A stretch of 64,000 nucleotides of DNA from Desulfatiglandales bacterium (GCA_963666345.1 OY762721.1:3616001-3680000), one strand, 5' to 3'. Shown: positions 21,062 through 31,870, counted from the stretch's first letter. The notes: a model not told the origin generated them from the sequence alone. Translations and numbers: made by a program.

Positions 21062-21880
21062 ATGAAGTTCTATGATTTAGAAAAAAGAAGTCCAATTCCG
21101 TTATATGTTCAGTTAGCTGATATTATTAAACGAAATATTCGTGAAGGCATTTTGAAGGAAAATGACCTAATTCCTTCTGAAGCACGCCTGATGGAAAAGT
21201 ATAAAATAAGTAGGATTACTGTAAGAAATGCCTTGCTCAGGCTTGAACATGACAGGGATATATTCAAGGTCCACGGACGAGGATCTTTTGTGGCTGCAAA
21301 AGAGAATATTATAATTACCTCGCCATTTTATTTCTTTAAAAGTCAGATGAGTAAATTAGGGATTGATATTACCGAGGAATTGATTGAATTCGAAAACGTT
21401 TATCCAACAGAAAGGGTTAGAAGTGAACTCAACCTCAAACCGGATGAGTTGGTCACAAAGGTAAAGCGAATAATGAAGATGGGCAATGAATCAATTGGCC
21501 TGAGAAGCTTTTTTGTGCCTCATAAGTTTGGAAATAAAATGAGATATGACGATGTAGAAAATCGTTCAATGCTAGATTATCTGAATGAGAATCCAGCAAC
21601 AAAAATAGCAAAAATGGAGGTTAAGGTTCAGGCTGCTGTAATCGCAGATGGTGATGCTGAAGTAATGGGCGTCGATAACAACAGCACTGTTTTAGTTCGC
21701 GGTGTAATATTTTGGACGCGGTTAGGTGTTCCTATCATGTCTGGAAGAGTTCTTTATTTGGCTCAGCATGCAATGTTTAAAATGCATCTTAATATTGAAA
21801 CTATTCCTATGGATGTTTCTGTTGAAGAAAGGCCCTTGGTAATTCCAGCGGAACATGATCAATTAGATATATTAAAATGA
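21062..21880 (+). CDS. GntR family (HutC/UTRA) transcriptional regulator
   Basis: PLYVQL, IPSEARL, SRITVRNAL, GRGSFV; UTRA-like C-terminus. Confidence 0.88.
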   Translation: MKFYDLEKRSPIPLYVQLADIIKRNIREGILKENDLIPSEARLMEKYKISRITVRNALLRLEHDRDIFKVHGRGSFVAAKENIIITSPFYFFKSQMSKLGIDITEELIEFENVYPTERVRSELNLKPDELVTKVKRIMKMGNESIGLRSFFVPHKFGNKMRYDDVENRSMLDYLNENPATKIAKMEVKVQAAVIADGDAEVMGVDNNSTVLVRGVIFWTRLGVPIMSGRVLYLAQHAMFKMHLNIETIPMDVSVEERPLVIPAEHDQLDILK

Positions 21881-21987
21881 TATTTTAATTTGTGAGAGCA
21901 TACACACAATTATTATGTGCTGACCAAACGGCTGCTTAAGGACACCATAATAATAAGTAAGAGTTAAGATGGGCCGGAGATAGTGAA

Positions 21988-23196
21988 ATGAAAAATGTAA
22001 TTTTACTGACAGTCGATGCATTGAGAAAAGATGCTTTGAATAATAGCTACAGTAGACGTCTTACGCCATTTTTGAAATCGATAGATAATCATATAATTAA
22101 GTTTGAAAATTGTTATTCCTCTGGGCCATATACACAAGCAGCTTTTCCCGGAATTCTGACTTCATCTTATTATCTGGAATACGGTAGACAGAAAGTGCTT
22201 TCCAAAAAGAGAGTTTTAGTTTCTGAAATACTTCAAAATAACGATATCGAAACAGCAGGCATACATTCAAATGCATATCTTTCAGATTATTTTGGATGGA
22301 ATAGAGGATGGGATTATTTTTATGATTCAATGGAAGACGAAGTTAATGAAAAACTTCCTTATATCGAAGCTAAAATGATAAACAAAAAAATAAATACATG
22401 GATAGAGAACAGAGATAAACCTGCGAAGCCATTTTTCCTTTGGGCTCATTATATGGATATTCATGAACCATATATTCCATCTAAAAATAGCCTTCAAGTT
22501 ATGAATGATTCTTTAAAATATGATGAAGATGAGATGCTTTCTTTGTTTACTGATGTTTTGTTAAAAAGGGATGTTTCCAATAAAACAAATGTTGAGAGTC
22601 TTCAGATGCTTTATCTGGCTCAACTAGTTGAACTTGACAGGGCAATTGAGGAGCTTTTCAAAAACTTAGAGGAAAATGGTTATCTGGAAAACACCGTTAT
22701 CATATTTACTTCCGATCATGGTGATGAATTCAACGAGCACGGTGGGTTGTCTCATGATGGTAAAATGTTCAATGAGCTATTAAGAGTCCCATTATTTGTA
22801 TATGACAAAGCTATTATGAAAAAAGAAATATGTGATACCCTTGTAACAACCGTTGATATACCACCAACAATTATAAAATTATTTGAACTAGAAGCAATCA
22901 AGAAGTTTGAAGGTGTTTCCCTTTTACCAACTTCAAACTATACAAATAAAGGAATATATAGTGAAGCAGTAGATAAACATGGAAGTCGAGAAACCGGTGA
23001 CGAAGAGGAAATATATTGCTATGTAGAAAACGGTTATAAACTTATTTATCAGGAATCAAATAAAGTTTGGAGATTGTATGATTTAAAAAAAGATCCGGAA
23101 GAAATGGAAAACATATTCGAAAAATCAGAGCGATCTGGGTATATGAAAGAAAAGTTAATCCCAAGGATTAAAAGATGGAAATATGACAGACAATGA
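21988..23196 (+). CDS. sulfatase-like hydrolase, non-canonical motif
   Basis: NVILLTVDALR, YTQAAFPGILTS, HYMDIHEPY, SDHGDEFNEHG. Confidence 0.85.
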   Translation: MKNVILLTVDALRKDALNNSYSRRLTPFLKSIDNHIIKFENCYSSGPYTQAAFPGILTSSYYLEYGRQKVLSKKRVLVSEILQNNDIETAGIHSNAYLSDYFGWNRGWDYFYDSMEDEVNEKLPYIEAKMINKKINTWIENRDKPAKPFFLWAHYMDIHEPYIPSKNSLQVMNDSLKYDEDEMLSLFTDVLLKRDVSNKTNVESLQMLYLAQLVELDRAIEELFKNLEENGYLENTVIIFTSDHGDEFNEHGGLSHDGKMFNELLRVPLFVYDKAIMKKEICDTLVTTVDIPPTIIKLFELEAIKKFEGVSLLPTSNYTNKGIYSEAVDKHGSRETGDEEEIYCYVENGYKLIYQESNKVWRLYDLKKDPEEMENIFEKSERSGYMKEKLIPRIKRWKYDRQ

Positions 23197-23235
23197 TAGG
23201 TAGTGATTGATTTATTAGCAATCCTGGAGGGCAAG

Positions 23236-24678
23236 ATGAATAAAACTCAAAAAATGACTTCTGGCAATCGCATCCTTTCCAGCGAACAAGTCGAAAAGGT
23301 CCATGAGTACTCAATAGAACTTCTTGAAAAGGTTGGAGTTTGGGTGCAGAGTGAGGAAGCCCTGCATGTTTTAAAAAAATCAGGATGTGATGTTGAAGAT
23401 GCGAAACGTGTAAAGATCTCAAGGAAATTGATTGAGCAGGCAATAGAATCGTCACCTGAAAAAATTGATGTTTTTAATCATAAAGGTGATCTTGTTATGG
23501 AGCTCAGGGAGGACCAGTGTTTTTATGGAACCGGTTCCGATTGCCCAACTCATATAGATATAAATTCTGGTGAAAGAAGAGAAACCACCAAGAATGATGT
23601 CGAGGAACTGACTAGGTTTTGTGACGCCCTACCTAATATTGACTTTTGTATGTCTTACGCGATCGCTTCTGACTCCCCTAAGGGAGGGAATTTTGTCCAT
23701 CAGTATGAAGCAATGCTATTGAATACGGATAAGCCAATAATTGTCACGGGGCATGGACGTAGTGATATGAAGACCATGGTGGATATGGCCGCCGCAAGAA
23801 TCGGAGGTTATGATAAGTTGAAGAATAAACCTCCATTGGTATTGTATTCAGAGCCGATGTCCCCTTTAATTCATACAGATATGGGAATTAGTAAATGTTT
23901 CGTATGTGCTGAATATGGAGTCCCGTTCATCTATATTGGAAGCCCATTTATGGGTGGAAATGGTCCAGTAACCCTGCCTGGAGTTTTGGTACAGGCGAAT
24001 GCCGAATGCCTCTCAGGTTTAGTAATTTGTCAATGTAAGCATCCAGGTGCAAAGTTTGTCTATGGTGGTGATGTCACCTCAATGGATATGAAAACTTCAA
24101 TCTTCGCCTATGGTGCTCCAGAATTGAATTTGTTAAATGCAGCTTTGTCAGATTTGGCGCATTATTATAAGCTTCCTCTATTTTGTATTGGAGGTGCCAC
24201 TGATTCCAGCAAACTTGATGCTCAAGCTGGAGTAGAATATGCACTATCAATTTATCTGGCTACCCTCAATGGGTGCAACATAATTCATGACTGTGGGTAT
24301 TTAGAAGCTGGGCTTACTTCAAGTTTTGAGTCAGTTCTTTTTGCGAATGAAGTGATTGATATGGTGAAATATATGCTACAGCCAATTGAAATAAATGATA
24401 AAACCGTACCGCTTGAAATGATGGACAGAGTAGGTCCTGGGGGAAGCTTTATTACTGAACCACACACAGCAGAAAACTTCAAAAAGACATTATGGATTCC
24501 GAAATTGATGGACAGATCAAGATTCAATGCTTCTGATATAGAGAAAAATAAGGATATGTTATCCCGATTAAATCATAAGGCGAAAGAGATAATCAAGTCG
24601 CATAAAGGACCATATATTCCAGAAGCTGTTATTGCCAAAATTGCAAAACTTGTCGAAGCGCATGTTCCAGATATTTAA
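23236..24678 (+). CDS. trimethylamine methyltransferase (MttB) superfamily, non-pyrrolysine
   Basis: VHEYSIELLEKVGV, GPVTLPGVLVQANAECLSG, YGAPE, DAQAGVE, NIIHDCGYLE, VGPGGSF; no in-frame TAG. Confidence 0.88.
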   Translation: MNKTQKMTSGNRILSSEQVEKVHEYSIELLEKVGVWVQSEEALHVLKKSGCDVEDAKRVKISRKLIEQAIESSPEKIDVFNHKGDLVMELREDQCFYGTGSDCPTHIDINSGERRETTKNDVEELTRFCDALPNIDFCMSYAIASDSPKGGNFVHQYEAMLLNTDKPIIVTGHGRSDMKTMVDMAAARIGGYDKLKNKPPLVLYSEPMSPLIHTDMGISKCFVCAEYGVPFIYIGSPFMGGNGPVTLPGVLVQANAECLSGLVICQCKHPGAKFVYGGDVTSMDMKTSIFAYGAPELNLLNAALSDLAHYYKLPLFCIGGATDSSKLDAQAGVEYALSIYLATLNGCNIIHDCGYLEAGLTSSFESVLFANEVIDMVKYMLQPIEINDKTVPLEMMDRVGPGGSFITEPHTAENFKKTLWIPKLMDRSRFNASDIEKNKDMLSRLNHKAKEIIKSHKGPYIPEAVIAKIAKLVEAHVPDI

Positions 24679-24786
24679 TTTTGAAGCAGGCGATGCTCAC
24701 TAGATAAAAAGTTCTATAAGAACTGAATCTTCAAAAATCTAATGATAAAGTGGTAACCTTAAAGGTTTTATAATGTGGAGGTTTTT

Positions 24787-25434
24787 ATGAATAGTGCCGA
24801 GATATGCAATGATGTGATAGCGAATAATTCAGAGAAACTAGTGGTAGATATTAGAAAAGGACTAGAATTAGGTTTAAGCCCTGATGATATCTTGAATGAA
24901 GGATTGATTAAGGCTATGGATATTGTAGGCGTAAAATATTCAGAAGGTGAACTGTTTGTTCCTGAGATGTTGCAAGCAGCAATCACCATGAAGCAAGGGC
25001 TAAATATTTTAAAACCAATGCTAGTTGATTCTGGAGCTTCTGAAAAATGCAAAATTGTGATTGGTAGTGTTAAAGGAGATCTTCATGATATCGGCAAAAA
25101 TTTGGTTGCAATGATGTTGGAAGGAGCTGGATTTGAAGTGTTTGATTTAGGAGTTGATGTAACACCTGAAAAGTTTGTTAATAAAGTTGCTGAACATCAA
25201 GCACAAATTTGTGCAATGTCAGCTCTTTTGACGACTACAATGCCAGGAATGAGAGACACTATAAATCTTATAAAAAAGGAATTTGATGATAGCTCAGTAA
25301 AAACTGTTATTGGTGGAGCGCCGGTATCCCAAAAATATGCAGATGATATTGGAGCTGATTGCTTTGCCTCAGATGCGGTTGCAGCTGTTGATGCAGTAAA
25401 GGAGATAATGAATATTAGTAAGTCATTACAATGA
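24787..25434 (+). CDS. corrinoid (cobalamin-binding) methyl-accepting protein
   Basis: ELFVPEMLQAA cap domain, GDLHDIGKNLV B12 motif, SALLTTTM, IGGAP. Confidence 0.92.
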   Translation: MNSAEICNDVIANNSEKLVVDIRKGLELGLSPDDILNEGLIKAMDIVGVKYSEGELFVPEMLQAAITMKQGLNILKPMLVDSGASEKCKIVIGSVKGDLHDIGKNLVAMMLEGAGFEVFDLGVDVTPEKFVNKVAEHQAQICAMSALLTTTMPGMRDTINLIKKEFDDSSVKTVIGGAPVSQKYADDIGADCFASDAVAAVDAVKEIMNISKSLQ

Positions 25435-25522
25435 TATAATTAAATTATAACAGATAGATCTCATTGAGAAATATGATAAATATAGTATTGGCAACTTATT
25501 TTTAACAGTGAGGAGAATGTTA

Positions 25523-26350
25523 ATGCTCGAAAAAAATAGAATTACAGATTTGGAAGATAAAATTGAAAAAGCAAAAGAAATATTTGATGAGGCTTTCAAA
25601 CGATTTTCTTCTGATGATATGAGAATTATTTGGTCGGGTGGAAAAGACAGCACACTTACTCTTTGGATTTGTTGTGAATACTGCAAAGAGAAGAGCCTCC
25701 AGTTACCTAAAGTGTTTACTATAGATGAGGGAGATAGCTTTGATGAGATTGAGAACTTTCTTAAAAAATATGAAAATGAATGGAAATTGAATCTTGACTG
25801 GGGAATAAATAGAGATGTCTTGGAGGCCTGTGGTTACCGGTTAAATGGAGATGTTAAAGTTAATGAACTCAATGAAAGAAATAGAGCTGAGATAAAACGC
25901 ATTGGCTTTGATTTAGAGTCGTTTCCATTTGAGGCAGAATCCTATGTGGGAAATCATTTAATGAAAACTGTAGTGTTTAATACCTATCTTGAAAGTAATG
26001 GTATAGAAGCCGTGTTCCAAGGCCTTCGGTGGGATGAACAACCTGCAAGAAAAAACGATCCGTACACAGAAGAAGTGGCTGGTGGTGAGATGACACCCCC
26101 GCATGTAAGATATCGACCTATTCTTCACTTTACAGAGAGAGATGTGTGGGATACCACTTTTCATTTTAAAATTCCTTTCTGCAAACTATATGAAGAAGGA
26201 TACCGTTCGCTCGGTGCGAAGACTACTAGTCAAAAATCATCTAATAACCCAGCATGGGAACAGGATCTGGAAAATACAGTGGAGCGTGCAGGAAGGCGCC
26301 AGGATAAAGAAAAAACCATGGCTCGACTGAGAATGCTAGGCTATATGTAA
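25523..26350 (+). CDS. PAPS-reductase superfamily protein, CysD-like (sulfate adenylyltransferase subunit 2)
   Basis: PP-loop WSGGKDS, GLRWDEQPAR, PILHFTE, GYRSLG, ERAGRRQDKE; lacks the ECG(L/I)H tail of CysH. Confidence 0.7.
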   Translation: MLEKNRITDLEDKIEKAKEIFDEAFKRFSSDDMRIIWSGGKDSTLTLWICCEYCKEKSLQLPKVFTIDEGDSFDEIENFLKKYENEWKLNLDWGINRDVLEACGYRLNGDVKVNELNERNRAEIKRIGFDLESFPFEAESYVGNHLMKTVVFNTYLESNGIEAVFQGLRWDEQPARKNDPYTEEVAGGEMTPPHVRYRPILHFTERDVWDTTFHFKIPFCKLYEEGYRSLGAKTTSQKSSNNPAWEQDLENTVERAGRRQDKEKTMARLRMLGYM

Positions 26351-26404
26351 TTAAACTATTTTAATAAAAACAGCCGATCTGTAGAAGGGATTGAAAAACA
26401 TTAG

Positions 26405-26893
26405 ATGAACGCAGAAAAGGTGGTATATAAAGTGTTCAACGAATTAAATATAACTTTCGTTGTGCATGAACATCCACCTGTTTATACAGTTGAAGAAGCA
26501 CAGAGATATGCAAGCCAGATAGAAGGTATGCATTGTAAGAATCTGTTCCTGAGAAACAAAAAGGGCAGTCAGCATTATCTTCTCACTTCAAAGCATGACA
26601 GATCGATAAAACTGGATTATGTTGCAAAAAGCCTTGGTGAAAAGCACTTAAGCTTTGCATCTGAAGAGCGGCTCTTCAGATATCTAGGTGTTAAAACAGG
26701 TAGCGTTTCTCCTTTAGCTCTTATAAACGACAAGGACCTTGGCACGATTCTTTTAATAGATAACTCCTTCCAATCAAAGCCTAAACTAAATTTTCACCCC
26801 AATGTTAATGATAAGACTGTGACTATTTCCTTTGAAGATTTTATGAAATTTATCAACCATTGTGGAAATCGATTTCACATCTTTCAATTTTGA
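26405..26893 (+). CDS. YbaK/ProXp-ala (PrdX) aminoacyl-tRNA editing domain protein
   Basis: HEHPPVYTVEEA, KNLFLRNKK, LSFAS, GSVSP, FHPNVN. Confidence 0.88.
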   Translation: MNAEKVVYKVFNELNITFVVHEHPPVYTVEEAQRYASQIEGMHCKNLFLRNKKGSQHYLLTSKHDRSIKLDYVAKSLGEKHLSFASEERLFRYLGVKTGSVSPLALINDKDLGTILLIDNSFQSKPKLNFHPNVNDKTVTISFEDFMKFINHCGNRFHIFQF

Positions 26894-26973
26894 TCAATTG
26901 GCGACTTCAGCAGAGATTTGAAAAGCATACTTCGTTGATCCTGATGATGAATTATTGATAGAAGGAACTAAAA

Positions 26974-28008
26974 ATGGAAAAGATGAAAGCGCTTGTAAAA
27001 GCAAAACCTGAGCCTGGGTTATGGCTTGAAGAGGTAGAGGTTCCTGATATCGGGATAAATGATGTACTCATCAAGATAGAAAAGACCGCAATATGCGGAA
27101 CCGATGTCCATATATACAACTGGAACGACTGGGCAAAAAAAACTATCCCGGTCCCAATGCAAACGGGACATGAGTTCGTGGGACGCATCGCTGAAATCGG
27201 AGCGAATGTTCACGATTTTAAACCCGGCGATCTTGTATCGGGCGAGGGCCACGTTGTATGCGGCCGCTGCAGAAACTGCCTTGCAGGCCGCAGGCACCTG
27301 TGTATGAACACAAGCGGAGTCGGAGTCAACAGACCTGGTGCCTTTGCCGAATATCTCTCGATTCCGGTTACCAATGTATGGTACTGCGATCCTAAGATTC
27401 CCACAGATATCATTTCATGTTTCGACCCCCTGGGAAATGCGACTCATACGGCCCTTTCCTTTGATCTTCTGGGAGAAGACGTGCTTATTACAGGAGCAGG
27501 TCCCATCGGATGTATGGCAACGGCAATCGCAAGGCACGCCGGTGCCAGGTATGTGGTGGTTACCGACATAAATGAATACCGCCTTGAGCTTGGCAGAAAA
27601 ATGGGAGCGACTCTTGCCATAAACGTGAGTCATGAGAAAATAGAAGAGGCTCAGAAACGGCTCTGCATGAAGGAAGGATTCGACGTAGGTCTCGAGATGT
27701 CGGGTAACCCCGCGGCCCTCACCTCCATGCTTGAAAACATGTGTCACGGCGGAAAGATCGCCATGCTCGGGCTCATGCCTGACAACACCCCCATAAACTG
27801 GGACCTGGTCGTGTTCAACGGAATTACCATCAAGGGCATCTACGGAAGGGAGATGTATGAAACCTGGTACAAGATGACCTCCATGATTCAGACCGGTCTG
27901 GACATATCACCTGTTATTACCCATCATTTCCCATACACTGAATTCAGAGACGGGTTTGAGGTTATGAGATCGGGTAATTCAGGCAAAGTCATACTTAATT
28001 GGGAATAG
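26974..28008 (+). CDS. tdh: L-threonine 3-dehydrogenase
   Basis: [53 protein letters not shown]. Confidence 0.95.
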   Translation: MEKMKALVKAKPEPGLWLEEVEVPDIGINDVLIKIEKTAICGTDVHIYNWNDWAKKTIPVPMQTGHEFVGRIAEIGANVHDFKPGDLVSGEGHVVCGRCRNCLAGRRHLCMNTSGVGVNRPGAFAEYLSIPVTNVWYCDPKIPTDIISCFDPLGNATHTALSFDLLGEDVLITGAGPIGCMATAIARHAGARYVVVTDINEYRLELGRKMGATLAINVSHEKIEEAQKRLCMKEGFDVGLEMSGNPAALTSMLENMCHGGKIAMLGLMPDNTPINWDLVVFNGITIKGIYGREMYETWYKMTSMIQTGLDISPVITHHFPYTEFRDGFEVMRSGNSGKVILNWE

Positions 28009-28031
28009 AGGATATATAGGCGAAGATTTTG

Positions 28032-29942
28032 ATGAGTACTGAGAAGCTGGATACAGCATTAGACAGAGAGATTGAAATCCTGCAACAAGAAGGCCGTGCC
28101 AAACCTCCCGAAAGGATCATTACCGACTACATCGCTCCGAGCGGCAAAAATGGCCCCAGATATAGATTGAATGGGGTTGATGGTCAGTTTTATCAGGATG
28201 AATTCGAACAGCTATCTTTCCCTTTCAAACCACGAGGACCTGGCAGAAGCCGCCGATATCGCAACAAAGAGGTTCGGGGTGGGTCCCGGAGCGGTCAGAT
28301 TCATCGACGGGACGTTCGAAGCCCATATTACCCTTGAAAAACGAATCGCCCGGTTTGTGAAAAAGCCATGTGCAAAGATCTTCAATTCGGCCTACACCTC
28401 AAACTGCGGACTGGCCCTGGCCATTTCAAACAAAAAAACCTTCTGGGTAGGCGACCAGCTCAACCACAACAGTATTATCAGGGCGATGAGGATCGCAAAC
28501 ATCCCTGGCGCAAACAAAAAAATCTATGAACACAACAACATGCACTCCCTTGAGGAATGCCTCACTCAGGTACCGGAGGAGGCGGAAAGGGTGATAATCA
28601 TCTTTGACGGCATATTCAGCATGCGCGGGGACTATGCACCGATAGATGAGATACAGAAAACCGCCCTTCGCTTTGACGACAAATTCAAAGAAGGAGTGAT
28701 AACGGTTGTCGACGACTCACACGGTATAGGCGCATACGGACAAACCGGAAGGGGTACGGCCGAATACTCAGGCGCCAGTCCTGACGTGATAATAGGAACA
28801 TTCGGAAAGGCGTTCGGGGTAAACGGCGGTTTTATCGCGGCTAGCGACAGTGTTATAGAGGCGGTCAGACAGAAGGCGGACACATATATCTATACCAATC
28901 CTCTTGGTGTGGCTGATTGTGCCGCTGCCATAAAGGCGATAGACATCTGCGACAGCGCCGAAGGAGCAGGGCTTTTGCTGAACCTGAGGGAAAGGATCAC
29001 ACAATTCAGAAATGGAATAGAAGGATTGGGTCTTGAATCTATCCCAGGTCCTCATCCGGTTGTTCCGGTGCTTGTAAGGGATACGGATAAGGCGCACAGC
29101 ATGGTCAGGTTTCTCTTTGAGAGCGCCGATTAAAACCGGCAAGAAGTAGGGACTGAAAGTGTCCCATGATGAAGGGTTAGCCACCCGCATCAGCCTTGAG
29201 TCATGCGCTGGCAATGGTAACATTGTCGGCGAAGCATTGACAGGGGAAAGTGCAGGCTGAGTATTGAGCCTCGTAATAGACATAAACCCAAGCGCCGATG
29301 TGCTTCAAAGACACAGAAGGCAGTATCTGCAGGTCCGATATGGTGAGGAGATGCAGGGCTTGGCGGGGTCGGAGACCTCATACATGCACGGAAGCTTGTT
29401 GCGCGGGAATCGGGAGGCCCTGTAACTGGCCTTGATTAGATTGCAAAAGGTCCGTACTGAAAATCCCAAGGGAGTAAAGCAGTAATGAATGGTTACAGGG
29501 AGTCTGACAGCCCCATAGTATCTAGGAAGCCTTCGAACAAGACAGGCGACAACAAGTCTGAGGCGGAGAAGGTGGAGAAAAGGGGGTTGGCCAAGGGGAA
29601 TTCGGTAGAGCGAAACAAGGGCCGGGCACTGAACCGGGGAACCTTGCAAAGTGAGCTTACGAGAATACGGCAGAGTATGTTTACCAATAACTTTGTGCGT
29701 CATTACCCGAGGCAGGAGAGCAGTGCATTAGCAGTGCACGTCACGCCAGCGGCGTGATGCGGGGGGTGCCGAGCAATCGGCATTCCTACCGCGATCAGGG
29801 AATTCTTGTTGTCGGACTCACTTTTCCCGTTGTTCCCAAGGGTGATGAAACCTTGAGATTCCAGCTCAACGCGGCCCACACAGAGGCCGATGTCGACTAT
29901 GTGCTTAACATGATTTCCGAAGTGCTGAAACAGGAAGGATGA
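28032..29942 (+). pseudogene. kbl: glycine C-acetyltransferase (2-amino-3-ketobutyrate CoA ligase), frameshifted and intron-interrupted
   Basis: NSYLSL, DQLNHNSII, DGIFSMRG, VDDSHG, GTFGKAFG; extra T at 28188-28191; C-terminal exon GILVVGLTFPVVPKG resumes after 29795; follows tdh. Confidence 0.85.
29121..29795 (+). mobile_element. group II intron, ORF-less (IEP internally deleted), degenerate; resembles bacterial class E
   Basis: Starts GAGCG (cf. GUGYG), ends with D6-like GGGGGGTGCCGAGCAATCGGCATTCCTACCGCGAT; IEP start MNGYRESDSPIV..RGLAKGN fused to IEP end RHYPRQE, no RT domain. Confidence 0.85.
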
Positions 29943-29969
29943 ACACTAATCGTTAATTTAGTGATAGTC

Positions 29970-30600
29970 ATATACCTCCGGCATAGCCGGAGGCTTGAAA
30001 TATGTGAACCGCTCAAAGCGGTTGTAAAATCAAGGGCCACCTCAAAGGTGGCGGCTATTTAATATAAACTGAGTTGATCGAGTCTTCGATCCTCTCTTTC
30101 TTGTTCTTTGATATATTTGCGGATTGAATCCTCATCTTTACCTACAGTTGAAACATGGAAACCCCTGGCCCAAAACTTTTGACCTGTAAAATTCTTTCTG
30201 CGGCCAAAATACTGTCTCGCAATATGGATGGCACTTTTCCCCTTGATGAACCCTACCACTTGTGAAACCGAATATTTTGGTGGTATAGACAGCAACATAT
30301 GCGCGTGATCCGGCATCATATGGCCTTCCAACACTTCACAGTCTCGCCTCTTCGCCAGTTCATGGAAAACTTCACCCAAGTATTTACGCAAATCACCATA
30401 CATCTCCTTTTTTCGGTATTTCGGTATCCATGTTAGATGATATTTGCATTCCCATTTCGTATGACTTAAGCTGTTTACGTTGTTCATTGAAAGCCTCTCT
30501 TTCTGTGAATTTTGAGCGGTTCACTTTAGAGGGGCTTTCATATATTCCCGGAATTGTCAAACTCTGGGAGTCTCCCCGGCACAGCCGGGGGTTTACCCTG
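29970..30600 (-). mobile_element. IS200-like element (tnpA only), ends approximate
   Basis: Subterminal hairpins CCTCCGGC-ATA-GCCGGAGG (29975-29993) and CCCCGGC-ACA-GCCGGGG (30574-30590); inverted 14-mer at 30004-30017 and 30511-30524. Confidence 0.85.
30059..30487 (-). CDS. tnpA: IS200/IS605 family Y1 (HUH) transposase
   Basis: CKYHLTWIPKYR, DHAHML HUH motif, KGKSA, FWARG, IRKYIKEQ catalytic Tyr. Confidence 0.93.
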   Translation of the reverse strand: MNNVNSLSHTKWECKYHLTWIPKYRKKEMYGDLRKYLGEVFHELAKRRDCEVLEGHMMPDHAHMLLSIPPKYSVSQVVGFIKGKSAIHIARQYFGRRKNFTGQKFWARGFHVSTVGKDEDSIRKYIKEQEREDRRLDQLSLY

Positions 30601-30703
30601 GATTAATTAGTTGTATTTTAGGCGTTTTGAAATTAATGATATTGGCAAGTTTGAGCTATGTTTTATTATTGAAAGTGCGAAGAATGGAATTGGAGCTTAA
30701 AAA

Positions 30704-31870
30704 ATGGATCATCTTATTGAACCTCATGGAGAGAAAGAACAGTTAATGCCACTCTGTCTGGAGGGAAAAGACTGTAAGAATGAGATAAAAAAGGCAAACA
30801 GTCTAAGAAAAATGAGAATTACGTCACGGGAAACCTGTGATATTATAATGATGGGAATTGGTGCTTTTAGTCCTTTAGCAGGTTTTATGAATAAACTTGA
30901 TTGGGAAGGGGTTTGTGATGATTTCACTATGTCAGATGGGACTTTTTGGCCTATTCCCATTACTCTTTCGACAGATGACGAAGTTATCCGGGAAGGAGAC
31001 GAAATTTCGCTCGTAGATGATGAGTCTAACACAATTGTCGCCACGATGAGGATATCGGAAAAATATTGTATTGATAAGGTGCATGAATGCCAACGTATTT
31101 ATTATACTACGGATCAACAACACCCTGGTGTCGCTAAGGTAATTTCGCAAGGAAAATACAATCTTGGTGGGCCGGTAAAAGTAGTGAGCGAAGGTTTATA
31201 TCCAGACCAATTCAAGGGTATTTATCAAACGCCTATGGAGGCTAGGGAAATATTTAACAGGTTTGGTTGGAAACGGGTATCAGCTATGCAATTGCGAAAT
31301 CCTATGCATCGTTCCCATGAGTATTTGGCAAAGATAGCGTTAGAGATTTCGGATGGAATATATATTCATCAACCCCTTGGTAAGCTAAAAGATGGTGATA
31401 TCCCTGCAAATGTTCGCGTAAAAGCTGTGCAGGCAGTATTGGATAATTATTTTGCAAAAGGAACTACCATTCAAGGGGGTTACCCGATGGAGATGCGTTA
31501 CGCTGGGCCTAGGGAAGCCCTTTTGCACGCTATCATTCGTCAGAATTATGGTTGCAGCAATCTGGTAATTGGGCGAGACCACGCAGGTGTAGGCAGTTAT
31601 TATGGTCCCTTTGATTCCCAGCGAATATTTGATGAAATCCCAAGGGGAGCATTAAAGTGCAAAAATCTTAATATTGATGTGTCATTTTATTGCTATAAAT
31701 GTGGTACCATGGCTTCAGTTAAAACTTGTCCTCATGGCAAGGAAAATCATCTCATCTTGTCTGGAACAAAAGTGAGGGAAATATTGTCCCGAGGTGGTAA
31801 GTTACCTCCAGAATTTTCAAGACCTGAAGTTGTAGAGATTTTAGAACAATATTACAAGGGTATTTCGTAG
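30704..31870 (+). CDS. sat: sulfate adenylyltransferase (ATP sulfurylase)
   Basis: [57 protein letters not shown]. Confidence 0.95.
   Translation: MDHLIEPHGEKEQLMPLCLEGKDCKNEIKKANSLRKMRITSRETCDIIMMGIGAFSPLAGFMNKLDWEGVCDDFTMSDGTFWPIPITLSTDDEVIREGDEISLVDDESNTIVATMRISEKYCIDKVHECQRIYYTTDQQHPGVAKVISQGKYNLGGPVKVVSEGLYPDQFKGIYQTPMEAREIFNRFGWKRVSAMQLRNPMHRSHEYLAKIALEISDGIYIHQPLGKLKDGDIPANVRVKAVQAVLDNYFAKGTTIQGGYPMEMRYAGPREALLHAIIRQNYGCSNLVIGRDHAGVGSYYGPFDSQRIFDEIPRGALKCKNLNIDVSFYCYKCGTMASVKTCPHGKENHLILSGTKVREILSRGGKLPPEFSRPEVVEILEQYYKGIS

Noticed and set aside
23236..24678. Pyrrolysine-containing MttB
   Set aside because: No in-frame TAG, and no pyl genes in the window
29190..29757. ORFs 29190-29381, 29305-29703, 29485-29757 and 29493-29687 as genes
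   Set aside because: They are antisense frames of the intron RNA or the deleted IEP relic
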